Shown here piece by piece: positions 49,602 to 59,079 of a stretch of DNA of 64,000 bases (positions are counted from its first letter, which is position 1; each line of letters starts with the position of its first letter). A model generated the notes under the pieces. The model saw nothing but the letters and a program-made list of their open reading frames with translations. It was not told the origin of the DNA and did no database searches. The position numbers and the translations under genes were made by a program. Source of the stretch: an uncultured Gemmatimonadales bacterium (lineage in GTDB: Bacteria > Gemmatimonadota > Gemmatimonadetes > Gemmatimonadales > Gemmatimonadaceae); the NCBI GenBank assembly GCA_963701965.1, contig OY969695.1:3072001-3136000 (forward strand), in the 5' to 3' direction.

Positions 49602-49835
49602 ATGCCGATTCTTCTCAGCAAGACTCGCCCGCAAGGGGCCTCCGTCGTCACCACGCTGCCAGCCGAGGTCGCCCGTCGGCTCGGCATCGAGGCCGGCCAA
49701 GAGTTGGAGTGGATCGAGGATGGATTGGGCGGATTCCGCGTCATCCCGCACACACGAGAGACCGCCGAAGCACTCGAGGCACATGCCAAGGTCATGACGG
49801 AATACGTTAGCGTGTTCAGAGCCTTGGCGAAGTGA
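49602..49835 (+). CDS. AbrB/MazE-type antitoxin
   Basis: GASVVTTLPAEVARRLGIEAGQEL...VFRALAK. Confidence 0.85.
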   Translation: MPILLSKTRPQGASVVTTLPAEVARRLGIEAGQELEWIEDGLGGFRVIPHTRETAEALEAHAKVMTEYVSVFRALAK

Positions 49836-50242
49836 GCGCGGCACGCCCATCAGATGAACCGCGCTGGCTATCGGAATCCACTCTCTTCGCGATCCACGCG
49901 CAGCAGATCGAACGGTATGGCGGAGCGCACGGCGTGCTTGATCCGAACGTCGTGCACCCCGCCCTCGCGCGCGCCATCAACCGCTGGGCCTACGACTCTG
50001 ACGCCGATCTCGCCGATCTGGCCGCCGCCTACCTCGTCGGCTTCGCCCGAAGCCAAGGCTTCAGCGGCGGCAACAAGCGCACCGGTCTCGCGTGCGCGCT
50101 CGTCTTTCTCGCGCTGAACAACGCCGCCCTGCACGTCGCTCCGGCGGAGTTGTACGCGCTCACGATGTCGGTCGCCACTGGCACCGCCGATGACAAAGTC
50201 GTTGCCACCTACCTTCGGACTCGTCTCAGTCCTCAACCGTGA
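49832..50242 (+). CDS. Doc-family (death-on-curing) toxin with a divergent motif
   Basis: QIERYGGAHGV...LAAAYLVG...SQGFSGGNKRTG; GTGA overlap with the antitoxin. Confidence 0.85.
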   Translation: MSAARPSDEPRWLSESTLFAIHAQQIERYGGAHGVLDPNVVHPALARAINRWAYDSDADLADLAAAYLVGFARSQGFSGGNKRTGLACALVFLALNNAALHVAPAELYALTMSVATGTADDKVVATYLRTRLSPQP

Positions 50243-50460
50243 GGGACATTTGACAGACTGGGTGCGCTGGAGCGCTTGTCCGGATAGGCCGAGCCTGGCC
50301 GGTCGGGATGGGTCGTCAGACTACTCGGTGCGCGACCGGCCGATCGGTTGATCGTTGCACGGGGAAAGCTTTCCGTGCTCCGACGATGAGTCAGGATTGT
50401 AGATAAAAACGTGCGGACGTTCTATCGCTTTTTGTGCTCGCATTTTATACATTTACGGCT

Positions 50461-52047
50461 GTGACCGCGCAGCGTGGGACCCTCCGAGAGCGGGCGCTCG
50501 CTTGGTGGCGAACGCGCACCGACGCGCATCGGTATGTCGCCGGCCGACAGGACTTCCCTCCGACTGCCGAGACGCGTGCGCTCCGCTCGATGGGGCTTGT
50601 GGTCGAGGTCGCCGAAGGCGGCGTCTGGATCTTGGTTCGTCCAGACGACGCAGATCCGACTGCCCTCCTGCTCCGCAACTATTGGGCGGTGATCGCCGCA
50701 GTCGAACACGCGTACGCACCAGCTGTGGTGGAGCGGCTGTCCGCGGTGTACTTGCACACCGATAACGTGGACGCACAGCCCGAGCTCTCCATGCGGCATG
50801 GAGCCAACGCCAGTCGACGCACGCTGACATTGGTCGATGGATATACCGTGCGGCTGACACCGGGCGACGTCGGCGCAAGCAAGTCCGTAACGGTGCAGGG
50901 TGCGGTGATCACGCTCGACAGCGTGGCGCGTACGCTCGTACAGCTCAATGCCGGCAATGTTCGGCGGGACACGCCTGCCGTCGCGCTCTGGCTGCGGCAC
51001 GCTGCGGTGACGCACGCCGAACTCGCTGCGACGTATGCGGTCAACCCACGCCCGGTGCTGCTCAAGCGAATGGGCCTTCTCGCCCGCGCGAGCGGGAACC
51101 GGCGCCTGGCCGATCTCGTGGAGACCGTGCTCGCCGAACATGCCGAGCGGCCCGCATCGGCCTCGGCAACCGGCGTCGGCCGGTTGATTACGATTCCCGT
51201 CGGTCTCGAGACCATGCCACGGGGCGCGACGGCCTGGCTGGACCGCCACAGCCTCATGATGGCGGAGTTCCGGACCAAGATCGCAGGCGCGATCGGGACA
51301 AGATCCGCCGCGCTCCCTCGTGCATCGTTGGCGCGCGTACTCCGTGCGGCGAAAGCCGCCAAGGCCTATGACGCCTATCACTCAACGACTATCGAAGGGT
51401 ATCGGATCACGCGCGAGCAGGCCGACGCGATCGTTGCAGGGCGCCCGCTCGGCGACGAGAGTCTGGAGGGTCTACGCGAGAGGGCGGCACTGGTCGGCTA
51501 CTCGGCGGCATTTGACGAGGTCACGCGCGTGATGTCGGCGGCGCGCGGCCCCGTGCGCATCGACGAGGCGCTGATCTTCGATCTCTACGAGGCGCTCTTC
51601 TCCCCGTCCGTTGACGCGGGCCTGCTCGGCGCCAGCGACCTCCGCCAGTGGCGTCGGCAACCGGCATATATCCGGGGGAGTCCTCACGTACCGCCGGCCG
51701 AGGGGAAACTGCCGCAACTGATGTCGGCGTTCGTCGAGTCGATCAACCAGGACCTCGACAAAGATCGGGCGGTGGAGCGTGCGGTGTTAGCGCATCTGGA
51801 CTTCGTGACCATCCACCCCTTCGTCGACGGCAACGGTAGGATCGGACGGTTCTTAATGAACATTGCGCTCGTCGGTGCGGGCCTGCCGTGGGTGACAATT
51901 CGAGCCGACCAGCGAGATCGGTACTTCGCGGTGCTGAGGCAGGCCCAGCCGATGGACGCGGATCCGATCCCATTCGCGCGGTTCGTTTTCGATGGGGTCC
52001 GTGCGGCAACGCGTGCGATTACGGGTGAGTCGACAGGACGACAATAG
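50461..52047 (+). CDS. Fic protein with a long AbiEi-like N-terminal region
   Basis: YHSTTIEGY, HPFVDGNGRIGR; start uncertain (50434 or 50461). Confidence 0.88.
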   Translation: MTAQRGTLRERALAWWRTRTDAHRYVAGRQDFPPTAETRALRSMGLVVEVAEGGVWILVRPDDADPTALLLRNYWAVIAAVEHAYAPAVVERLSAVYLHTDNVDAQPELSMRHGANASRRTLTLVDGYTVRLTPGDVGASKSVTVQGAVITLDSVARTLVQLNAGNVRRDTPAVALWLRHAAVTHAELAATYAVNPRPVLLKRMGLLARASGNRRLADLVETVLAEHAERPASASATGVGRLITIPVGLETMPRGATAWLDRHSLMMAEFRTKIAGAIGTRSAALPRASLARVLRAAKAAKAYDAYHSTTIEGYRITREQADAIVAGRPLGDESLEGLRERAALVGYSAAFDEVTRVMSAARGPVRIDEALIFDLYEALFSPSVDAGLLGASDLRQWRRQPAYIRGSPHVPPAEGKLPQLMSAFVESINQDLDKDRAVERAVLAHLDFVTIHPFVDGNGRIGRFLMNIALVGAGLPWVTIRADQRDRYFAVLRQAQPMDADPIPFARFVFDGVRAATRAITGESTGRQ

Positions 52048-52254
52048 ATCGGATCCGTCCCCCACCTACCGAGAACAGAGCCGTTTTCTCGGATGCCTGA
52101 TCCGCGGGCAGCATCCGTGATGCCAACCCACGCGCTCGCGCTCGAGTACTAGCGTCGGCGGACTCTCGGTGTAGCGTTCTGAGCGTCGCCCCGTCGACTG
52201 CCTGTGGCGGGCCGACTCGAGTCGCGCGCCACGCGCACACCATAGGAGACACCA

Positions 52255-53445
52255 ATGCCGCGTACTGCTGTGAATCTGGTGATGGCTCTGACTCCGGTCG
52301 CGCTCGCTTGCTCGAACGTGCCCGACCGGGTCCTCGCGCCGAGCCGCGATCTGTCAGTCGCCGCCGGCGTGATCCCGTTCGCCAGCGGCGTGCACACGGC
52401 GGCCATTCCCGCGTTGGACCAAACACAACACACGCGGTATATCCCCATGGCGCTCAATGACTGGGGCTTGATCGTCGGCCAGCGGCTTTCGTCCGATACT
52501 CTGGGTACAGCGTTCAGGTGGAGTGCGCACTTCGGTCTCCAGCTCACGCAAAGCGGCGACACGGTGTTGAGGGTCAACAACGCCGGGGATGTGGCGCTGT
52601 CGGAGCCGGGCAATCCCGGAACCGACTCGCTTTTCCCTTCCGAGAACGCAGCCATCTGGGACTGGCAGGGCAATGTACGGCGCCTGCGCTTGCTCTCGAC
52701 GTTCTTCATTCCGGTCGTCATCGGGAGTGGAGATAACTCTCCCGCGTGCGCCGGCACGGGCGGTATCACCAATGCCGGCGTAGTGGTGGGATTTTGTGTC
52801 GTCGCGGGACAAGGTAGGGTGCCAACGATCTGGACGAAGTTCGGTACGCCATGGCCGATCAGCGGGCAATTGATTAAGGGGTATATGCCGCACGGGATCT
52901 CCAGCACCGGATTTATCGCGGCCGGCCCGGAAGGTATCGACGGTCACGCGCTTGTGCTCACGATGACCGGAGCCCAGCGAATGCTGCCAGACCCGCCTAT
53001 GGGAGCCGGTCACGCCGGGACCGATCAGACGGCGGCGTTGGCGGTCAATGACAGCGGATGGGCGGCGGGCTACCGGGTGGTGGGCGACACGGCGGGCCGC
53101 TGCTCGGGTGGCCAGAGCGCCCAGGCTGTCGCATGGCTCGCGGCGGACACGGCCATCGTTATCGGCGACTGCAGCGTGAGTCTCACCTTTCCGTCGGCAG
53201 CCGCAACTGGGATCTCCGACGACGGCATCGTCGTTGGCATTACCACGGATCCCGCGTCGTTGTCGCCATTCGCGTTTGTCTGGACGGCGACCCGTGGGCT
53301 GCAGCGACTCCCCGGACTGGAGGGGGGTGGGGCGCAGACGCAAGATTGGAGCGGAGCGGTGGCGATCAATCACAAGCATCAGGTGCTCGGCTGGGTCCGT
53401 ACGTCTGTCGGTGTGTATCGCACGGTGGTGTGGACGCTGCCCTAA
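52255..53445 (+). CDS. Secreted/lipoprotein with HAF-like extracellular repeats
   Basis: LAC lipobox; repeated ALNDWGLIVG, AVNDSGWAAG, GISDDGIVVG, AINHKHQVLG; GGAG RBS. Confidence 0.8.
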   Translation: MPRTAVNLVMALTPVALACSNVPDRVLAPSRDLSVAAGVIPFASGVHTAAIPALDQTQHTRYIPMALNDWGLIVGQRLSSDTLGTAFRWSAHFGLQLTQSGDTVLRVNNAGDVALSEPGNPGTDSLFPSENAAIWDWQGNVRRLRLLSTFFIPVVIGSGDNSPACAGTGGITNAGVVVGFCVVAGQGRVPTIWTKFGTPWPISGQLIKGYMPHGISSTGFIAAGPEGIDGHALVLTMTGAQRMLPDPPMGAGHAGTDQTAALAVNDSGWAAGYRVVGDTAGRCSGGQSAQAVAWLAADTAIVIGDCSVSLTFPSAAATGISDDGIVVGITTDPASLSPFAFVWTATRGLQRLPGLEGGGAQTQDWSGAVAINHKHQVLGWVRTSVGVYRTVVWTLP

Positions 53446-53492
53446 GTCGGCGGAGCCGGGGGCGCGTGCCGCGTGACGCCGTTTCGTGGCAG

Positions 53493-53635
53493 CGACGTCG
53501 CGAATTGCAGACAGACATGTCCGTAAGCGCTTTGGCGAGAGGCTGTTGACCGGGAGAAAACTCGCGTATCGCGTCGAACACGGCCGCGGACTGCTGATCG
53601 TATCGAGATTCAAGGTCGTCGAGACGGCACGCATG
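53493..53635 (+). repeat. Degenerate att junction: left-arm piece, core start (ggctgttgaccgggaga, 53541-53557) and ORF6N remnant
   Basis: 53493-53523 resembles 12533-12563; 53560-53632 matches 10859-10930. Confidence 0.7.
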
Positions 53636-53777
53636 CTCGACCCCATTCAGTGAACTGACGGGTCGAGGTAGCATGTCGTGTTCTCTCCATGCCCGGTCAT
53701 TTTGGGCCGCGAAAGGGCTCAATACTGTTGCTACGGAAGACGATCGCTCGTGCGCGCGCTCGACGAGTCGTGCCTGC

Positions 53778-56168
53778 TCACACATCGCGCAGCACATTTG
53801 CCGGGCTGAGTGTTACGGCTCTGCGGGTCGGTATGAAAGACGCGAGCATAGCGATGGCCGGCATGAGTGCACCGACGGCGACGTAGAGCGTCCAGTTGGT
53901 CGACCCGTCGACGTAGAATGCGTTCGCCAGCAATCGCGCAAAGACCTGCGCCAGGGCAACGCCACCTGCCAGACCAAGGCTAGTCCACATCGCAATGCGG
54001 CCAAGGACGAATCCTATCACTTGCGGTGCGCGTGCGCCCAGTGCGATGCGCAGTGCGATCTCACGGGATCGTTGCGAGACGATGTAGTGCACCACGCCGA
54101 ATAGGCCAGCCGAGGCGAGAACGAGCGCGACGCTGGCGAAGCTGCCGAGGACCACGAGAAGAAAATGGCGATCAACTAGCGACGTGCTCAGCACGTCCTC
54201 CATCGTCTCGATGTCGGACACTGGCTGAGTCGGATCAATGCTTCGCACCGCGAGACGAATATCTGGCAGGATCTGCGCGATCGGGACCGTGCTCCTGACG
54301 ACCAGCGACATGCTCGTCACGTAGTCCGGCAGAGCGATCTGCGACAGAGGAATGTCGATTTCAGGAAACGGATCGGAGTCCAATGAAATTTGGTGCACGT
54401 CGCTCACGACACCGGCCACCGAGCCTGTGTACATGGCAGGAATCGCGATCCGTCGGCCGGTCGGATTCTCATTCCCCATGATCTGGCGAACGAGCGCCTG
54501 ATTGACCTCCAACACCGGCGGCGCTCCGTTCACGTCGCCGCTGGCAGACAGTGATCGACCGTCGACTTGGTGAATGCCCAAGGCCGCGTAGTAGTCCGGC
54601 GTGACGAGACGCAACTCGGCTAGCGGCGAGGACTGATGCGCCGCACGCGGTGCTGGTTCGATGGTGAAATCGCTGTTGTTGCCGGAGGACTGCAATGGAA
54701 GCATTGAGATGAGTCCCGCGTGCGCGACGCCAGGTATCGCCTGAACCCGAGCGAGCATCGGGAGATAGAACCGTTGCACGGCGTCGCCGCCAGATCGCTG
54801 GGGTGAGGCGCCGACGTGCATGGTCAGCACATTATTCGTGGCCATCCCGGACGGTACGGCCAACAATTGCCGCACAGTATTGAGCAGGAGCCCCGCGCTT
54901 GCCAGCAGGGCGAATGCAAGGCCGGTCTCCACGGTGAGCAAGGTGCCGCGCAGCCACTCGTTCGGTGTTGTAGCGCCGGCAAGACGGTTGCCTTCCGCTC
55001 CGAACGCGACACGCAAATTCGCGCGCCACGCGCGCCATGCTGGCAGAACCCCAAGCCCAAGGCCAATCGCCGCTGAGACCGCGAGAAGGAACGCGATCAC
55101 AGCTGGATGGACGGCATCGATACGCAACCCCGTCACATGCTCACTCAGTGGTCGCAGCGCTCGCAGGCTGACGCCAGCCATCAGTAACCCGGAGAGGCCT
55201 CCCGAGAGTCCCAGGGCGAGACCTCGCGTGATCAATCCGCGTGTTAGGCGTGCCGGTGATGCGCCGAGCGCCGCACGAACGGCCGTCTCACGCTCGCGCT
55301 CGCGTGCCTGGGCCAGGAAAATGATCGCCACGTTCGCGCACGCGATCACGAGTACCAGCCACGCCGCGGCCAGCATAAGCAGGACGGCCGGTCGCAACGA
55401 TCGCGTGAGATCGTCCGTGAGCGTAAACATGATCGCGCCCCTCGACTGGTCAGCGCCCGGCAACTGCGCGTTGAGTCGTCGAGCCGTTTGGTCGAGAGCC
55501 GCCTGGGCGCTGGCGATGGTGATACTCGGATTCAAACGGCCGAGGACAAATAGGTCGTGTTTGTCGCGATCGGCCCATTGCGTAGGGGATAGCGTCAGCG
55601 GAATCCAGACGTCCGTCGGTTGACGAGCCGGTAGGGCGAATGTGCTTGGCATGACGCCGACCACAGTATACGTCCGCCCGCTGAGGCGAATAACTTGACC
55701 TACCGCGCTCGCGTTGCCATCGAGGGACGAGCGCCAGAACGATTCGCTCACAACGGCGACCGGCACACTCACTTCGGTGTCACGTGGCGCGAGATATCGT
55801 CCGAGCAATGGAGTCACTCGGACCATACCAAAGACGCTGGGAGTGAGGAGTGTCACGGCGATCGAGCGCGCAGATGCTCCTTCGAATGCTTCTTGGTCGA
55901 CGGTGTACGCACCAAGGTCGAGTGTGCCGCGCATCGCCAATTCCCAGTCGCGGAAGGTCGCAGGCGCTACGGTGCCCACGCCTCCTTGGCCGAATCGTTC
56001 ATAGACCTGGACGAGGTGCGCGGGGTCCTGATAGGACGTGGGGCGCACGAGCGTGCGATCTACCACCGCGAACACTGCGGTCACACTGCCCGTTCCGAGT
56101 GCGAGACAGAGGATGGCTGCGCCGGTTGAGATGCTCCGGCGTCTCAGCGATGGCAACGCGACCGTCAT
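53778..56168 (-). CDS. ADOP-family duplicated ABC permease
   Basis: LALGTG, LVIACANVA, REIALRIALGA. Confidence 0.9.
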   Translation of the reverse strand: MTVALPSLRRRSISTGAAILCLALGTGSVTAVFAVVDRTLVRPTSYQDPAHLVQVYERFGQGGVGTVAPATFRDWELAMRGTLDLGAYTVDQEAFEGASARSIAVTLLTPSVFGMVRVTPLLGRYLAPRDTEVSVPVAVVSESFWRSSLDGNASAVGQVIRLSGRTYTVVGVMPSTFALPARQPTDVWIPLTLSPTQWADRDKHDLFVLGRLNPSITIASAQAALDQTARRLNAQLPGADQSRGAIMFTLTDDLTRSLRPAVLLMLAAAWLVLVIACANVAIIFLAQARERERETAVRAALGASPARLTRGLITRGLALGLSGGLSGLLMAGVSLRALRPLSEHVTGLRIDAVHPAVIAFLLAVSAAIGLGLGVLPAWRAWRANLRVAFGAEGNRLAGATTPNEWLRGTLLTVETGLAFALLASAGLLLNTVRQLLAVPSGMATNNVLTMHVGASPQRSGGDAVQRFYLPMLARVQAIPGVAHAGLISMLPLQSSGNNSDFTIEPAPRAAHQSSPLAELRLVTPDYYAALGIHQVDGRSLSASGDVNGAPPVLEVNQALVRQIMGNENPTGRRIAIPAMYTGSVAGVVSDVHQISLDSDPFPEIDIPLSQIALPDYVTSMSLVVRSTVPIAQILPDIRLAVRSIDPTQPVSDIETMEDVLSTSLVDRHFLLVVLGSFASVALVLASAGLFGVVHYIVSQRSREIALRIALGARAPQVIGFVLGRIAMWTSLGLAGGVALAQVFARLLANAFYVDGSTNWTLYVAVGALMPAIAMLASFIPTRRAVTLSPANVLRDV

Positions 56169-56460
56169 ATCAGTGACCCTCTAGTCAAAAGGCCCGGCTA
56201 GGTCCGAAGTCGTGAACGCCGATTTTAGCACCCAGACTGAGTACATGGCAAGTCAATCCGGCGTTGATGGGTACTGCGCTCTAGTCGACGCCGTGTGCGA
56301 CAGCTCGGTCGCTCGCTCCGGCATGTGTTGGCGGAGGATTCCTCGTAGCATGTCGATTTCTGGTGCCGGCACTGCCGATTTCGGTAGGTAGACGGCCTGG
56401 ATTCCGTCGCTGGGTGAAAAGAGCGCGTTCAGTTGGAGACGAGGGGTCGAACTCCCCGGT

Positions 56461-56863
56461 GTGATCGCGGCGTGGCTCTGGTTCATCCTTGCTGGATGTG
56501 GCGGCTTGTGGCTCATGATCACGACAGGGCCATGGCCACCGACTCACGGCTGGTTCGTGCTCTGCTCTGGCCTCTCCGTCTGGCCGGTGACCGCGTGGGT
56601 GCAGCAAGTACCTGAGCGTAACGCTGTCAGGCCGCGCACGCTTAGGTGCCGCCGTCTTGTTCGTTCTCGCCGGGCGTCTCACCGTCACGTTCCTCTGGCC
56701 CCGACCGGGACAACCGGTGAACCAACCAGATTGGGTCGCAATCCTCAGCGGCATTATCCTGCTCACGGCCGTTCTGAACGGTGTGCTGGCTCATAGCAGC
56801 AAACCGCCGTCTTCGCCAGATCTGGATCGGAACTTGAAGTGGGCGGCTGAGGGCTTTCGCTGA
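56461..56863 (+). pseudogene. Membrane protein, frameshifted
   Basis: Hydrophobic, Trp-rich segments in two consecutive frames. Confidence 0.4.
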
Positions 56864-56900
56864 ACCCTCAACGCCGGCGGCCAGATCCCGGGAGTGAGAG

Positions 56901-57353
56901 ATGCGTCCGGACCGATATCGCAACGCCGTTGTCGCCCACATTTACGTCGAGGGCGCCGCCGACGCGATCGCCTTCTACGAGAAAGCGTTCGGCGCTCAGG
57001 AGCTGTTCCGTGTCACCGGCAAGGACGGGGAAATGGTACACGGTGAAATCGCGATTTGCGGCTCCGTAGTCATGATCGGCGATCCTGGCGGCAGCGGTCT
57101 CTACGGTGAACCGCGCACCCTGGGCGGCTGCACCGCCTCACTCCATATCATGGTCGATGACAACGAAGCGCTGCTGCGCCGCGCGACCGACGCCGGTGCG
57201 GAGAAAATCCAGCCGGTGACGGACTTGTTCTACGGCGCCAGTTCGGGTTCGGTGCGCGATCCGTTTGGACATGTCTGGGTGCTTTTGTCGTGGAAAGAAG
57301 ATCCCGGCGTGGAGGAGATCGAGCGGCGCGGCGACGCGCTCCGAACTCAGTGA
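56901..57353 (+). CDS. VOC/PhnB-like glyoxalase-family protein
   Basis: AIAFYEKAFGA, DLFYG...VRDPFGHVW. Confidence 0.9.
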   Translation: MRPDRYRNAVVAHIYVEGAADAIAFYEKAFGAQELFRVTGKDGEMVHGEIAICGSVVMIGDPGGSGLYGEPRTLGGCTASLHIMVDDNEALLRRATDAGAEKIQPVTDLFYGASSGSVRDPFGHVWVLLSWKEDPGVEEIERRGDALRTQ

Positions 57354-57413
57354 CCATGCAGCCGGCGCCTTATACGTCGCGTGAGCGCGTTCGGCCGCTG
57401 ATTGTCGAGTAAG

Positions 57414-57463
57414 GTCCAACGGTCTGACGATCGATCGAAGTAGCGCTGGACGCGGTGCCGTCC
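57414..57463 (-). pseudogene. About 50-bp remnant of the RES toxin 3' end
   Basis: Near-identical to 22432-22482. Confidence 0.75.
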
Positions 57464-57558
57464 CTCACTGTTCCGCCTATGTGGAACAGTCGGATGCCGA
57501 AGGTCGCGCCGTGCGAGGAGCATAAGCGCCGCTCACTTCACAGATAAGCATTCCAAAA

Positions 57559-58035
57559 TTGTGCCGGGTCGTCGGGATTGATATAGTGCGCCCGGGCCTT
57601 TCCCTTGTGGCCGTCGCGCTGATCGGGCCGCTGACCGCGTCAGCGCAGACACGAAAGCAAGTCCCGCTCCCGGCGGCGCAGGGGACCTTCCCAAACATTT
57701 CGGGAGCTGTATGGGCCGGAAACCTGCTCTTTGTGAGTGGGTGGCTCGACCCGGATCTGGAGACACATCCCGACGTCAAGTCACAAACCTTGGGTGCGTA
57801 CAAGGATCTTCAACAATTCCTCGAGTCGCAGAAACTGACGCTGGGCAATGTGGTGATGATTCATGCCTACATCGGGACCGAAGCCGATCACGCCGGATAT
57901 TCAGCCGGATACAACGAGATCTTCGGCGCGGACCAACCGAACAAGCCCGCACACACCTTGTTGCAGGTGGTTCTGCCCGCTGCGAAGCGTGGCGCCCGGG
58001 TCGAGATCGACATCGTCGCAGTGCGTCGAACGTAG
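57559..58035 (+). CDS. RidA/YjgF-family protein with signal-like N-terminus
   Basis: GNLLFVSG, PAHTLLQV, RVEIDIVA; start uncertain. Confidence 0.82.
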   Translation: MCRVVGIDIVRPGLSLVAVALIGPLTASAQTRKQVPLPAAQGTFPNISGAVWAGNLLFVSGWLDPDLETHPDVKSQTLGAYKDLQQFLESQKLTLGNVVMIHAYIGTEADHAGYSAGYNEIFGADQPNKPAHTLLQVVLPAAKRGARVEIDIVAVRRT

Positions 58036-58306
58036 CGGCCATTCGCCACGTTTCCGGTGCCGGAGAGTTTCAACCCAGTGCGTTCTACCGGGTAAGCCCC
58101 TAGCGTAGCACGCCGGATTTCGTGAGCATCGCCGATTGGTCGCCGTCGTGACTTACGACCATCGTCACGCCTGCCTTCCCGGCGGCGTGCAGCCACTTGA
58201 GCTCCCCGGCGATTGCGCCGCGATCCTCGCGAATGGAATCGGGCTTCTGGGTTTCCGTCTCGATGCCCAAGTGATGCCAGGCCACATCGCCCGCACCAGG
58301 ATGACC

Positions 58307-58840
58307 TCACGCAGGAACGTACGTCAACCGCACCGCGTTCTCGCCGATTAATTCGTGGGCCACAAGCCGGAGCGGCGGCCGAGGGCCAGCGAAGAATGGC
58401 GTGCCCCGACCCATCACGCAGGGCAGGAAGTAGAGTCGATACTCATCGATGAGCCCCCAGTCGGTCAGGCTTCGCGCCAGGTGTGGCCCGGCAATGTGAA
58501 TCTCCCCATCGAGCCGGGATTTCAGCCCGCGTACCGCCGCCTCGACGTCATCCGCGATAAGCGTGGCATTGGGGCCGACGGACTTGAGCGAGCGCGACAC
58601 GACCCATTTCGGCGTGCGCCGCCACTCAATTGCGAAGTCGCGATCGCCCGCGTCCCAATCAGGCTGGTCATCATCCCAATACCGCATGATCTCGTACACG
58701 CGGCGACCGTACACCAGGCCCGTCCCGTCGCGCACCAGCCCGACGAAATGACGAGAGACCAAGGGAAGAGGTGCGCCCAATGCCGTGTGGTCGACATAGC
58801 CGTCCAACGACTGCATCAATCCGAATACAAGCTTCGCCAT
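58307..58840 (-). CDS. Dihydrofolate reductase-like (RibD C-terminal) protein
   Basis: SLDGYV, YGRRVYE, GLIDEYRL, GRGTPFF. Confidence 0.9.
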   Translation of the reverse strand: MAKLVFGLMQSLDGYVDHTALGAPLPLVSRHFVGLVRDGTGLVYGRRVYEIMRYWDDDQPDWDAGDRDFAIEWRRTPKWVVSRSLKSVGPNATLIADDVEAAVRGLKSRLDGEIHIAGPHLARSLTDWGLIDEYRLYFLPCVMGRGTPFFAGPRPPLRLVAHELIGENAVRLTYVPA

Positions 58841-59079
58841 GCGACAAGACCTCCATTCCGGGTTCTGAGTGTGACCGGCCGAAACCAGGCGCCAAACGAA
58901 TTACCGGCAACCGCGCGCGTTACAATGTACAATGCTGGCGGGTTAGTGGCCTCGCTGATACATCGCCCTTAGTCCCTGCTGCATTAGGCTCTCAGACACA
59001 CCTACTCACGGCCGGTCGCCCAGTCATGGCGCTCGCCATCGTGTGTATAATTGGTTGACCAGACAAAGGAGCCGCGGCG

